DNA of 63,355 nucleotides, the filler included, from Rhabdomonas costata (taxonomy: Eukaryota), in the NCBI GenBank assembly GCA_019059605.1. It is 24 parts of 24 records of this genome, joined end to end, with 100 filler letters (N's around TTAATTAATTAA, not from the genome) between each part and the next. Parts side by side here need not be neighbours in the genome. Positions count along the whole stretch, not along the records: positions 39,677 to 42,218 come from JAHMHO010002940.1; positions 42,319 to 44,862 come from JAHMHO010002941.1; positions 44,963 to 47,505 come from JAHMHO010002942.1; positions 47,606 to 50,147 come from JAHMHO010002943.1; positions 50,248 to 52,789 come from JAHMHO010002944.1; 19 more parts are not named here. The stretch is one strand, 5' to 3'. Below the pieces are notes generated by a model. The model worked only from the letters and a program-made list of their open reading frames with translations. It had not been told where the DNA came from and searched no databases. The position numbers and the translations under genes are program-made. Below, in pieces: positions 39,677-52,037 of the stretch (the first letter of the stretch is position 1; every line of letters begins with the position of its first letter).

Positions 39677-40150
39677 GGGTTTTGGGTGGACTTCGGCGTG
39701 ATCCTCAGATGCTGCTTTCCATACGTTGTCTCTTTTCCTCCTCGAGAGGTGTGAAACCGCTGGACGCCTCTCTATTACCATCCGTCCGTTGAAGCCGTTG
39801 AGAGCTGTGTTGAGCAGTGGTCCGAACGAGCTATTTCAGGTACGCCTGGCAACATACGGATGAGGCCGCTGGAAACAGTCAAGGCAAGGTCGTGTAGGAA
39901 CGGTACAGGTTACTCAACTACACACAGTACGCTGAAGCTGAGTGACAGAGGGTGAGCCATTGACGTAAACCACAGGTTGGCACACGTCACATGGCCCTCT
40001 GTAACACTCGACACTACACCATCATGGTTGTAGGCTAAGGACCAACATAGGGGCATGGTTACCCTATTAGTAGTTCTTCGCGTACCCTAGACGTAGTCGT
40101 AGTGGTGAGCTGATGGGTAGTGACAGTGCTACGCTGATCCCTACACTTGA
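39677..40150 (+). rRNA. Putative highly reduced SSU rRNA-like sequence (probably mitochondrial; NUMT or chimera), 5'-truncated
   Basis: Collinear degenerate SSU landmarks: CGCCTGG (39843), TACGG (39855), GAAACAGTCAAGG (39872), GGTGAGCCATTGACGT (39951), ACGTCACATGGCCC (39984) and AGTCGTA (40095). A nested helix spans 39940-40009, and long-range pairing 39891-39901 with 40073-40082 sits where h28 is expected. Judged by eye only. Confidence 0.45.
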
Positions 40151-40369
40151 TGCCTTACCCTACTGCTACAGTGGAACGTCATTGCTGAGGGACAACCTGG
40201 TAGTGGTGATATCAACCGGTGGAAGCCCTCAGGGTAGCAACATCCGAAGTGGAGGGCGCCGAGCCCGACATGCAAGATGAACCCAACCCTGTGATGCAAC
40301 CACTCACCATCAACTCACTGCTACGGTATACCCTTCATCATGATGGGTGTCAGAGGCTCCCAGGGTGTA

Positions 40370-40470
40370 AGGTGATGCCGAAAACCCACCCTGATGCATG
40401 AACCCACCGAGGAGGGAAGATGCAGTGAAGATGTGACGCCTCGAATGCAATGGGCATCATACGCCTTCAT
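40370..40470 (+). rRNA. Putative LSU rRNA 5'-domain-like fragment
   Basis: TGAACCCACCGAGGAGGGAAGATG (40399-40422) resembles the conserved LSU motif TGAACCAGTACCGTGAGGGAAAG, followed by GCAATGGG. It is on the same strand as, and downstream of, the SSU-like block. Confidence 0.35.
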
Positions 40471-41090
40471 CTTCCACTCCTACCTGCGGTGCCAGATGCA
40501 TTCACTAATCCTACTCATGCCTTCGCTCTATGCTGATGTTAGCGTGAAGGCCCCGCAGGGACAGTGGCCGATTCAGTCGCTAGGTGTAAGAGTGAACACA
40601 AACAGGAGGCATCACGTGAGTGAGGCCGAGTGTGAATGTGAACCTACTCCGCTGCTCGGTACCTCGCATCGTACGTTCCTTTTTCTTTGTCGGGATGTCC
40701 TTCGCTACCCTACGGCCATCCCTCCAACTCATGACTGTCGGTCGCTGCGCTCCCTCCACCTCCTTTCTTTACGTCCTCACTCGCTGCGCTCGTTCGCCCT
40801 TCTATCCCCACTCACAAACACTGCGTTCGCTACAGGGTTGTTTTGTAAGCAGTTAATTTGCGTTTTTTTTTCGCTCGTGTGTGTGTTGTAATCTACAACG
40901 TGGTCACCTAACCTCAGAGCAACTGCATTTCCTTTGCGCAGATTAATGCAAATATACTAAAAGAAGCTGTTGTGATGCAAGGGAGTCGTGCGCATCTTTT
41001 GAATGGAGGAAACTGGGATTGTAACCCCACAGGGCACACGGGACCGGCTCAAAAAATCATGTCATCCTGGTGGTCTGCAGGGTCACAGAC

Positions 41091-42170
<1,080 letters not shown>

Positions 42171-43182
42171 CTGTGGTGGAAAACGGGCGGCCAATGAAGA
42201 AAATGCGAAAAACAAAGANNNNNNNNNNNNNNNNNNNNNNNNNNNNNNNNNNNNNNNNNNNNTTAATTAATTAANNNNNNNNNNNNNNNNNNNNNNNNNN
42301 NNNNNNNNNNNNNNNNNNTGTTGTTGGGGTCCATGGGTGGTTCTGAGTCGGGGTTAGGAGTCAGCGTTGGGATAGGAACTATGGGAGGTGTTGCAATTCT
42401 AGCGTTTATCTTCGGGCCTTCAGTTGTGGTGGGGTTCCTCGGTGTCCATGGCCTTCATGATGTATTCGGGTTCGCGTAGCTGTCTCTGGATCTTGGTGTC
42501 GTTACTTTCGAAGTCCGCATTCTTGGGTTTGCATTCGTGGTTGTTGGATGCTATGGAAGGGCCAACACCGGTATTCGCATTCTGGGTTGAGGGGTGGTGG
42601 TGGGTGGGTGTCAGGAGTCGCGTCTTTGCCTGTGGTGCGTGGTTTCTTCGGCGTAGCTTGCTCTTACCCATTGCTCTTATCCATTGGTTGCTGTCTTCGT
42701 GTCAAGTGCTTGGTGAGTGGTGTGCGTGTTCCCGAGTCGAGGATGTGGTGAGTCGGCATTTCGTGTGAGGGTGAGGGTGCTTGCGTAGGGACTGTGGTGT
42801 GGTGTGCTTCTGTAGTGCTTCTGTTGGGTGGTGTTGGTTGTTGGGTTTCGGAGTTGGGTGGTGGAATTCGGTGCGTGGTGAGTGCATGGGTCCTGTGCTT
42901 GTGTAGTGCTTCTGTGGTGGTGCTTGCGTGGGTCAGGATGGGTTCCGGTGTCGGGGTTGGGTGCGTGTCAGGTTTCGGTCCTTCTGCTTAGGTGGTGTCG
43001 GCCTTCTCTGTTTGCGGTGTGGGTATGTTGCGTGGTAATTCCGGTGCTGTAGGGGTTTGGCGTGGGTGAGGGTGCGTTGGTTGCGTTGGGTGGGGCCATA
43101 TCGCCTTTCTATCCATTGTCTTCCTCTCATATACTCAACTCATCCTGGGGTTGTACTGGAGGCATGGGTGTGGGGGTCGCAG

Positions 43183-44862
43183 GAGGCTGCAGAGCCGGCT
43201 GCGGGACATGCGCCGTCAGCTCAACGACGTGCAAGTGGCGGTGGAGCTCTCGGATGCCATTGCGACATTTGACCTGCAGAAGATGGCCTTCCTGGAGGAG
43301 CTCCCGGTGCGACCATCGTCCTTGTCCGCTTGCTGGCTCGCCCCCTCTCTCGCCGTGTGCTTTATTGTCGACTGCAGGTGAAGGTCCAAATTATCGGAAC
43401 CCATGAGCTGTTCTCCGTTCAGGCGCTATCTCTAACCTCTGCTGCTTCAGTTGCTCTTCTTGTGTTGGCAGACCTTTTTTTAGATCATCAATAAGGGCCA
43501 ATGTTTTAGCTGAGCCCACCATGTTGCAAAAGGCCCACGCTGTTCGTCGAGATTCGGGGTTGCTTAGGATTAGCGCACCGGTTGACACTAAAGCGGAAGC
43601 GACATCAGTTAAATCGCATCGCCCCACTTACCGGGAGCACACGTGATCGATGACCTCCGTCCATTCATGCACACCTTCACCCTCCGCTCGTTACCTCCTC
43701 CCCTCTCGCCCTCACTTGCAGAACCCCACACCGACCCAGCTGTCCTGCCTGAGGATCCTGCACAGCCTTACCCAGGTCAAGAAGTACATTCCGCAGGCCG
43801 TACTGCAGCAGCTCAGCCATGAAGACAGCGGAGAGGAGGAGGGTGAGGGCTCCGAGGAGATCTCGCTGGAAGCCATTCAGTCTTTCCGCAAGGCCCCCGT
43901 GATCGAGGTGGAGGGCTCTGTGGCCTCGGTGTGCAAGCAGCCCACGCTTTCGGGGCACAGGCTAATGGATGGTCACGGCCATCCTGCTGACAGATGAACG
44001 ATGTATTCACTGTAATTCACTGGCGACGGTTAGTTGGGGGTGGATACAACCTTTACCGGTATTTCACAATTGCTCCAGCACTGAAGACTATGATCCTCTC
44101 ATTCGGCATATGCATGTTGATAACTGCGTTAGAATGGGAAATGATGATTCCAGATGCGCAAATGCGTGCCAGGGAGTCTGGAATATTAACGTGTGAGGGC
44201 TGAACGGAACGCAAAAGCAACACTTCTCCGAGTGCGCAAGAGGCATTCCGCTGATCCTGAGATGTATACATGTATGTGCAGAGCGGTCAAAGCGATAGCA
44301 GCAAGGTGACCGTAGTGCGTTCCGCATACAGGAGTCTCGTTCGCCAACTGAAGCGGCGCAAGACTGAACGCGTGCGAGGACCCGAACTCAGGGTGTGAGG
44401 ATGTAAGAAATAAGTGGTTCCGGTTCACTGGGGGGGGTCACAGCCCCCCCCTCCTCCGTACCCAGTTGACTCAGAATGAACATTGTTCGGTTACCAAACG
44501 AGAAATGCTGCGCGATTCAACAGCAATAGGAAGTGAGGTGGGCTCGAAGTTCACCACCACTTGGTTGCCACTGGTGGTAGCCATCGTCACGATGCTCACC
44601 AGGTGCCTTCTGAGTCCAGCTAAGTATTAACTCAAGCCTCCATATCCTTCCGTGTGTGTGGGTGTCCACCTTAGCCTTCACCCAAGCCTTCACTTCCTTC
44701 TGTGTGTGTCTCCAGGTTAGTGTTCACCCAAAAAAGCCTTAGTAGCGATCTGTGTGTGTGTGTGTGTGTGTTCATTTTCCATGCCAGGATGGTCGCCAGA
44801 CCTCCACAGAATGCGCGCAGAACTCCGCCCGCCACTCCCGCGAGCCCGGCTCCTCCCGCAAA
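43183..44862 (+). CDS. Probable receptor-type adenylate/guanylate cyclase, juxtamembrane region
   Basis: Exons 43183-43306, 43722-43928 and 44788-edge are in phase. VAVELSDAIATFDL...ILHSLTQVKKYIPQAVL followed by an acidic/Ser linker is the arrangement recalled just before the catalytic domain in euglenozoan class III cyclases. Confidence 0.55.
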
Positions 44863-46725
44863 NNNNNNNNNNNNNNNNNNNNNNNNNNNNNNNNNNNNNN
44901 NNNNNNTTAATTAATTAANNNNNNNNNNNNNNNNNNNNNNNNNNNNNNNNNNNNNNNNNNNNGGGGGTGGTGTAGTCACAGGCCCGGCAGCGAGAAGCTC
45001 TGGCGCGGGCCCCGGAGGAGGGCTCTCCGCCCGTTTGTAGGCCTCCTCCTCGGTTCGACTGGTTGGGGGGTATTCAATGTCCGCGGTCACACCATGGCAC
45101 ACATCATGGCAAGTTCATTGTTTCGTAATTACGCTCTATTTTGCAAATCAGGTGGCGCAGAAACCGGAGATACTTTCCCTTGCAGGATGTTGGAATGCGC
45201 CAGATGACTCTCCTTTGCCAAATATACCACGTCTTGATTCTGGATGTGCGTCGGGAAGGAGGTTTCTGGATCCAAAGTTCTCAGCCCTGCCCCCTTCCCG
45301 ACCTTTGGTGGGGGTAGGGCCGTCTCAAAAGAACAAGTGGTGGGAATGGGGCAACTTTAACCCTTTTCACTGAAGTGATCTCGTGAAAGGGAGGAACTGA
45401 CATCGCTATCTTAATTTGAGGTTGGCCTCTTCGAACCGATGTCCGATGAAATGGTGGCCTACCCCGAAATGGCCTACCCCTACACTTCGGGATTCGCAGC
45501 CTCAGGCGTATCCGCAAAAGTTTCCACGTTTTTTCACTTCAGCCACATTGTCAATCATCCTTAGCGCTCGGTGCAGTCTCTTTTGTTAATGCCCGCGTGT
45601 TCCTTCACTTGCTGAACCGCAGGCTGCGCAAAGATAATCAATTCACATCTATTTTCAGCTGTGGTGGCCCGTATTTCAGTCAACTCTTTTTTTTGGGAGG
45701 GGGACATCAGAGTAGCGCAGTTAAAACCCAGAAAGTAACGCGAACACAGAAACACTGGAAAAAATCCTGCTCACCCCAAAAATAGCGTCGATTGGAGCAG
45801 AATGAGTTAACGTGCGGGGTGCGAGAGCAGGTGCAGGGATAGAGCACGGGCACAGGCATACGGCTTGAGCCAGTCATAAAAGTTTTGCAGCTTTCTTCGC
45901 GGGGGAGGGTCCCGGGGAACCCCAAAACTTTTGGTGGAGCTCGGGGTCGGCGCGGTCACCTGCCAGAGTGTATACAAACACATGAAAGCAAGAATTCGAG
46001 CGAGGTATTCCTCCGGGTGGTTTGCAATAAATACGTCTGGTCAAGCTTTTGGGTTATGTGCACGCAAACGCTTCCTAACGACACAGTTTGCTCGGTGTTC
46101 TCCTTTCACACTTCCTTTGTATACATTATTATCATCACTCGTCACAGTTGTGGAAGAGACGGGGAAGTCCAGACCGGAATGGAAACAGCAAGGGTAGGAA
46201 AAGCGTGGAAAATGGACCGCACAAAATTCCAACAGCGTCAAAACCAATACATATGAAGGAAAAATGAACGCACGATTCCCTTACGGTGGTTCAGAATGTC
46301 AGTGGATGCAAAGTAACGACATACCTTTCTCCGTGTGGTGGGACCCGTGAGCCGATGGGCGCGATCTGCGCAGAAAAGGAAACCCATCACACAACCGCCA
46401 GGTGAATCAATCCTTTTCATTTGCATAAGGCTATTTGGCCGCGGAGAGGTTCAAAAGCCGCACGTCGAGAATGAAGAAAAAAGAAATCAAAACGAGGTGC
46501 ACAACAGGGCACCGGGGCAAGGTGGCAAGGAGGGGACCTGGAGTTATGTCCGGGTGGGCAGGACCCCCTGCGGGGGTGGCAGTAACGGGGTTCCAGCTGT
46601 TCATGCACAGCGCGTTTGGAGGGAACTCGGTAAAATCACTGACAGGCGCACCGCCGCGAAGATTGACATGATCTGCGAGAAATAAAATTTCGACCAGGAG
46701 AAAACACACGAGAGAAAAAAATTAC

Positions 46726-47131
46726 CGGCCAGCTTTTGTGCCAGTTCCTGCAGCTCGATCCGGTCGGCCTTACTCTTGTCCAGCCGGTGGAGCTCGTTCG
46801 TGATACTGACACCAGATACCATAAAAAAGGATGCTGAGCATATAAAAGCATCTCGACACAACGGTGGACACGCCATTTACCCCGAATTTGACATCTATAC
46901 AACCCAAATCATGCAATACTTCACAGAGTCTGTGTGGGATAGGAAACAGCAACGGAGCAAGACAACATGTCATCGCGGAGGAAAGCAAACGCGCGCATAC
47001 GTTGCGAAGCGAGTGTGCAGGGCCTCGGACAGGACTTTCCCCCCGCTGGTCACTGCCAGCACCTCACGCATCGCGTTCACCTTGTCCTGCGCCGAGTCCA
47101 TCTGCTCCCTTAGTTGCAGAATCATCGTCCC
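46726..47131 (-). CDS. Coiled-coil protein, internal exons
   Basis: Exons 47131-47001 and 46805-46726 are in phase (LQLREQMDSAQDKVNAMRE...ITNELHRLDKSKADRIELQELAQKLA). A further exon probably lies near 44963-45085. Confidence 0.6.
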
Positions 47132-48658
47132 CTGCAAAGGCAAGATTGCATGCGCGGAGCTACATTCTCCCTCTCTCTGAAGTGAATTGCACAAGTCGTA
47201 AGAGCACGGTCTCCAAGGAAAAACAGGTGAACTCCACTCAATTCAATGTTGGGGAAGCCACTGCTTCCCTTAAAATTGCAACTTCAGCACATGGACTTTC
47301 TCTCTTGGCGATACATATCGGTTTCTATTCGTTCCAACAGTATAATGATACTCATTTTAGCTACGGAGGGCGCCACACTTGCTTTGCATACCGTCCTCCC
47401 CACCGCAACATCTTCACAAACAAAAAAGAACAAAAGGCACAACCACAACCGACGCCCCAATAGCAAGAGTCACCTCACCTTTTGATCGAAGTCTCACACC
47501 CACACNNNNNNNNNNNNNNNNNNNNNNNNNNNNNNNNNNNNNNNNNNNNTTAATTAATTAANNNNNNNNNNNNNNNNNNNNNNNNNNNNNNNNNNNNNNN
47601 NNNNNTGTTTTGGGTGCCGTCTGCGTTTAATTGCTGCATGCGGGTGTTTCGAGTGGCTTGTTGATGACAAGCTTTGTTTTGGCCCATATGGCGGTGCGAG
47701 GGGGGGGGATGGGTAACAATAACCGGTTGACAGAAAACTGGAATTTTTGTTGTTTAAGAAGTCAGGCTAAATGTGCCAATGGATGGGTGTGAGTGGAAGA
47801 AAGAATGAGTTAAATGACGTTTCTTCTGTATTGAAGGGTTTGTCTTGGGTGAGGCCAGCACTCCACAATTACTGCTAGTTGGGCCCGTGCTTGCCCGTTG
47901 CTGGGCATGAAAGTCGAGTGGGACAGCGTTAGCCAGCAGGAGTTAGTTAACAGGGGCGGAGGCCAGCCTGCGGACGGTTTGGTGGAAGATGGCCTGGGAA
48001 GGTCTTTGATGGCGTATTGTTATCATATGATATATGATGTTTTCTTTCCTGCGTGCTTGCCTCCTCAGTGGAACAAATCCCTGGACATTGTCGCTGTCAG
48101 TGTTTTTGCCCATTTATCATATTATCCATCTGTGATGGTTGTGATCACTGGTGACCGTGACCGTTATCCTTCCTTCCCTTCCTATTCTTTTCTTTTCTTT
48201 TCTTTCCTACGCCACCTTTAACCAGTGGGGCTGTGCAGGGCGAGGGCGGGGCTTCGCCCCAAAGCGATTTTATGGAATACACCGTTCTACCACGTTAACT
48301 GGTGGGTGCTGGGAGCTTTCGTAAACTTTCGGTTTCCTGCCTCTTTTTTCAATTCAATTGATTTTCTGAGCTAACGGTATTTGGGCACCAGGACCCCGCA
48401 GGAAAAAAATGGCAGCATGTGTATGAGGCACCTACACTATAACCTGGACCCGAGTGCCAACAGTGAAGAATTTATTCAAAAAGTATATTTATCATTTTAA
48501 ATGGGACACCCTGTGTATCCGATTTTTTTAAAATGAAAGCTTTCCATTTTTTCCGAGAAAGATTTTACCGCACCTCAATGAATGCAATTTGTGCATGCGG
48601 AGGTATGTCTGTGGGTCTCGCTTGCTCTCGCTCTCGGTGTTTGTGGTGCTGTCCCAAG

Positions 48659-50116
48659 GAGTACCTCGCCCGTGTCCGAGCAGAGGCCCGCCGGTGTCCA
48701 CAGACCCTTAGCGCCGCCCACATTGACCCGAAGAAGGACTACCACAAGAGGTTTTGCCTGTTTAACATGCTTATGTGCAGGGGATCCTGGATGGGAAACG
48801 GAATGCTGTGTGATCATTGGTCGCCATGGTCACCGTTTATCGGTTAAGAAGGAAGGCCTGGTGCGCCCTCCGGCGCTTTGCAACGGGGTCACATGTCACA
48901 TTTCCCATAATTGCGCGCTATATGGACAGCAGTTAGAAAAGGTTATATAACGTTTATATAGTAGTCAGAAACTTGAAGCAACCCCCCCCCCCAATCGGAT
49001 TTCGACGAGACCATGCGGATGACGTGGGAGGGTTACAATTGAGTCATAGAAGTAGGAAGTTCACCCAAGTAAGTTGGAGTGTGCGTCTCAGCCAGTCGAT
49101 GGTTTCGATGTCGAGGCCAGCTCTCACATGGGGCAAAAAAAGCCGAAACTGCAGTGTGTCCCCTGGGGGATCCCTGCAGGACTCTGGGGATCCCCAAGAT
49201 CATCCTGACCCCTCTGCTGCCTGCCAGTCTGGTCCCAGAGCCCACGTGGCGGCGGCAGCTTCTCGCGGGGTTTGCGCGGTTCCGTACCCGCTTGGACTCT
49301 CTGCACCAGCTTCAGGTGGTGTATAGTGGAAGTTGCGCACGCAACTTAAGGTGGCTGCTTCGGAAGGTGGTGGTGGTCCGCCACCTCCTGCCAAAGAGGC
49401 AAGGTCGGCGCAGGAGGCGTTTCATCCTGTAGTGGAATCTTTTACATCCCTTTCGTTTTCCTTTTTGGATGCAGGCGTGCGTATGTTATTTCTGTATATG
49501 AGGTCGACCCTTCCTCCGCTAAAGGTCATCAATCTGTCATCAGTCTGTTTTTCCTCTGTTCGGTGTCTTGCTCTGCAAGGGCAGGCTGTCAGGGCCCTGC
49601 CGTGCGGTACCATTGTCTGCAGTTCCGGGAAAGGTAATGATGGTTTGGGAAGTTTCAGCTGGCTTTTAGCTTGACTGTTGTTGAGGTCTCTGGTATTGGG
49701 TGTGGAAGGGGAGGGGTGGGGGCCTCAGGTTCCTTCTGGGGAGTGGTTTCCCGGGGTGCACCAGTTGGCGGAATGGAAGGAGTATTGCTTTCCTCCCAAG
49801 GGGAAGAAGGTTTGCCCCCCGACTGTGGTCTGTGGACCCTTCACCCCCGCTGTTGTACTGATCGGCTCCTACGGCTGTTTTAATTCCTCTTTAACTCCTC
49901 TTTATTTTGCGTGGAACATAAAGAAGGTCGTTTGGCTGCGCGTTTGTCTTTCCTCCGCACACGAGTGGAAGAGTGTGTTGTGGGATGGGTGGGGGCATCC
50001 ACTAGGGTCCTCGCCCACGGCCGCCGAGCACTGGGGTGGTTCTTCGGATGGACCATGTGCTGGTGACATGGCTGCTGGCTCGGCACATTGCGTGGGCCCG
50101 GGGCGACGACCACAGC
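48659..50116 (+). CDS. GEMIN2: Gemin2 (SMN-interacting protein 1), partial
   Basis: Exons 48659-48750, 49180-49315, 49729-49809 and 50006-~50116: EYLARVRAEARRCP, PEPTWRRQLLAGFARFR, EWKEYCF and PPSTGVVLRMDHVLVTWLLARHIAW, in Gemin2 motif order. Confidence 0.85.
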
Positions 50117-50247
50117 GTGCCCCTGGGGCCGCCCTATCACAACCACCNNNNNNNNNNNNNNNNNNNNNNNNNNNNNNNNNNNNNNNNNNNNTTAATTAAT
50201 TAANNNNNNNNNNNNNNNNNNNNNNNNNNNNNNNNNNNNNNNNNNNN

Positions 50248-52037
50248 AAGACACACATGGTGCCCTGGGCGCTCCACGTCAGACAGGGGTACGCCCCTTG
50301 GCGCAGAGAGAGCGAAGGAACAACCTGCAACTTTGGGAAAGCAAGCAATCGTGCAGGAAGCTGGGCCGTGTCGAGAGGAAGGAGGTCCGTAGAGATTGCC
50401 GGGTTCGGAACGCTTCCGCACCAGATGTACATCGGCTGGAATGGGCCGAGAGGGAAGCACAGGCACCGCGCCTCAAGTTGGGCATCGGCCTCAAGCATCG
50501 TGAGCTCAACGTCGAAGTCAAGCCCTGGCACCCTACCTCCGCGCTGGATCACCGCCTCAATGTACCATCGAGAGTACGGCCCACACATCGTTTGACTCGA
50601 GTCAGGCTGCCTCACCCATACTGGATGGAGCCTCGAGAAAACCTGGCTTTCGATTCCCTCAGGAACCGCTGCTCCTGTATTGCGAAGAAGAATGGTTTTC
50701 CCACTGAACTCCTCATCCAAAGTTGAGCCCTCTTCTAAGGATCCACCATCCCAAACCAGTGACTGCGATTCCTTATTCACACCGGTGAGCCAACTCAGCT
50801 TGTGCTTAAGCTCCGCAACAGAAGCCCCTGGGCGGAGGTTCACAGGGAATGTTTTGACTGGCGTGCTGTCAAGTTTCGCGGTCACGGTCATGGTCCCGGC
50901 CTTAAGCTCCTCGTTGACCGCGTCTAGAAGGTTATGGTACGCCACCTCCTCAAAGACCTCCGTGGCCGCATCTTTGGCCTTCCAATCTGCAAGCAAAAAA
51001 GCCCAAACCTGGCGGCTGTGCAAGAAAAGGTCGTTGTTAGCACCCGAACGGTCGGTCGTCGGGACAAGCCGCTTCGTTAGAAACAGGAAGCCCTCGGCCA
51101 GAGCAGCCCTCAAATGAACCCCAATGGGATTTCTTTGGATCAGGTAGTACAGCGCCAACGATGGCGCCCCAAAACCATCGCAAAGCCGCCGCAGATGTCC
51201 AAGCGTCTTCTTCGCCAGTTCCTCGTCCTCAGCCAGAAAACCCACAACAACGTACAACGAGCACAAGAACATGGCTAGGGAGGCGTCAGATTGCAGCACC
51301 GTGGGCTGCCATGAAGGGTGGTTGTAGAATTGATCACTCCACGACGATCCCAGCGGCGAGGAGTCAGGCAATGGAGCGCGGGGTATCATCCAAAGCATAC
51401 CGTCCATTCGGATGCCCAGCTGTTCCAGGGTGACAGAGGACTGTGCAGGGACGACCATGGATTGGGTCCCAAACCATACAGTGCTAATCGGGGCAGGCAT
51501 ATCGAGAACCCTTCGTGCAGCCGAAACTGCGGCGGCCTCAAAAGCATCAAAGGGCGCATCAGCCGTGGTCTCAACAGAAATCTCCGCCATGAGACCGCGG
51601 CACACAACAAAACACTTCATCGCATCTTTTGGATTGCTGGTGTTGGGAATGGATGCCGAAGTGACAGGCTCATCGGGGATTGACGTAGGAGGGGCAGCAA
51701 CCCCTGCGGTCTCTGCTGATGGTTCACAGGAGCTTGCAGCAGTTGCCTCGGCTTCCTCGGGGAGAGCGCTGGAATTCAATGGGTTTTCCAGTTGCACCAC
51801 CACAGTCTCCTTGTGCTCAAGCACCTCGGACACTAGGTCATCATCGCAAAGCACGCAGCCTTTCTCGTCCTGAAGGCGGCTGACAACAACAGAGCATTGG
51901 AGCTGGGCCCCAAGGCGCTGCTGAATCGACTGTTTGAGGTCCGCAATGCGCTGATCTGCAGCCACGGGGATTCTCAGTGCAACGGGCGAAGTTGAAGAAG
52001 AAGCTGGATCAGAGGGAACAATGGCCGCAACCCACAT
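50248..52037 (-). CDS. Large intronless protein with multiple ubiquitin-like (beta-grasp) domains, 3'-partial
   Basis: About 596 open codons from ATG at 52037. N-terminal Ubl/PB1-like (RIADLKQSIQQRL...LCDDDLVSEVL) and internal ubiquitin-like (SVAELKHKLSWLTGVNKESQSLVWDGGSLEEGSTL) segments. Confidence 0.8.
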
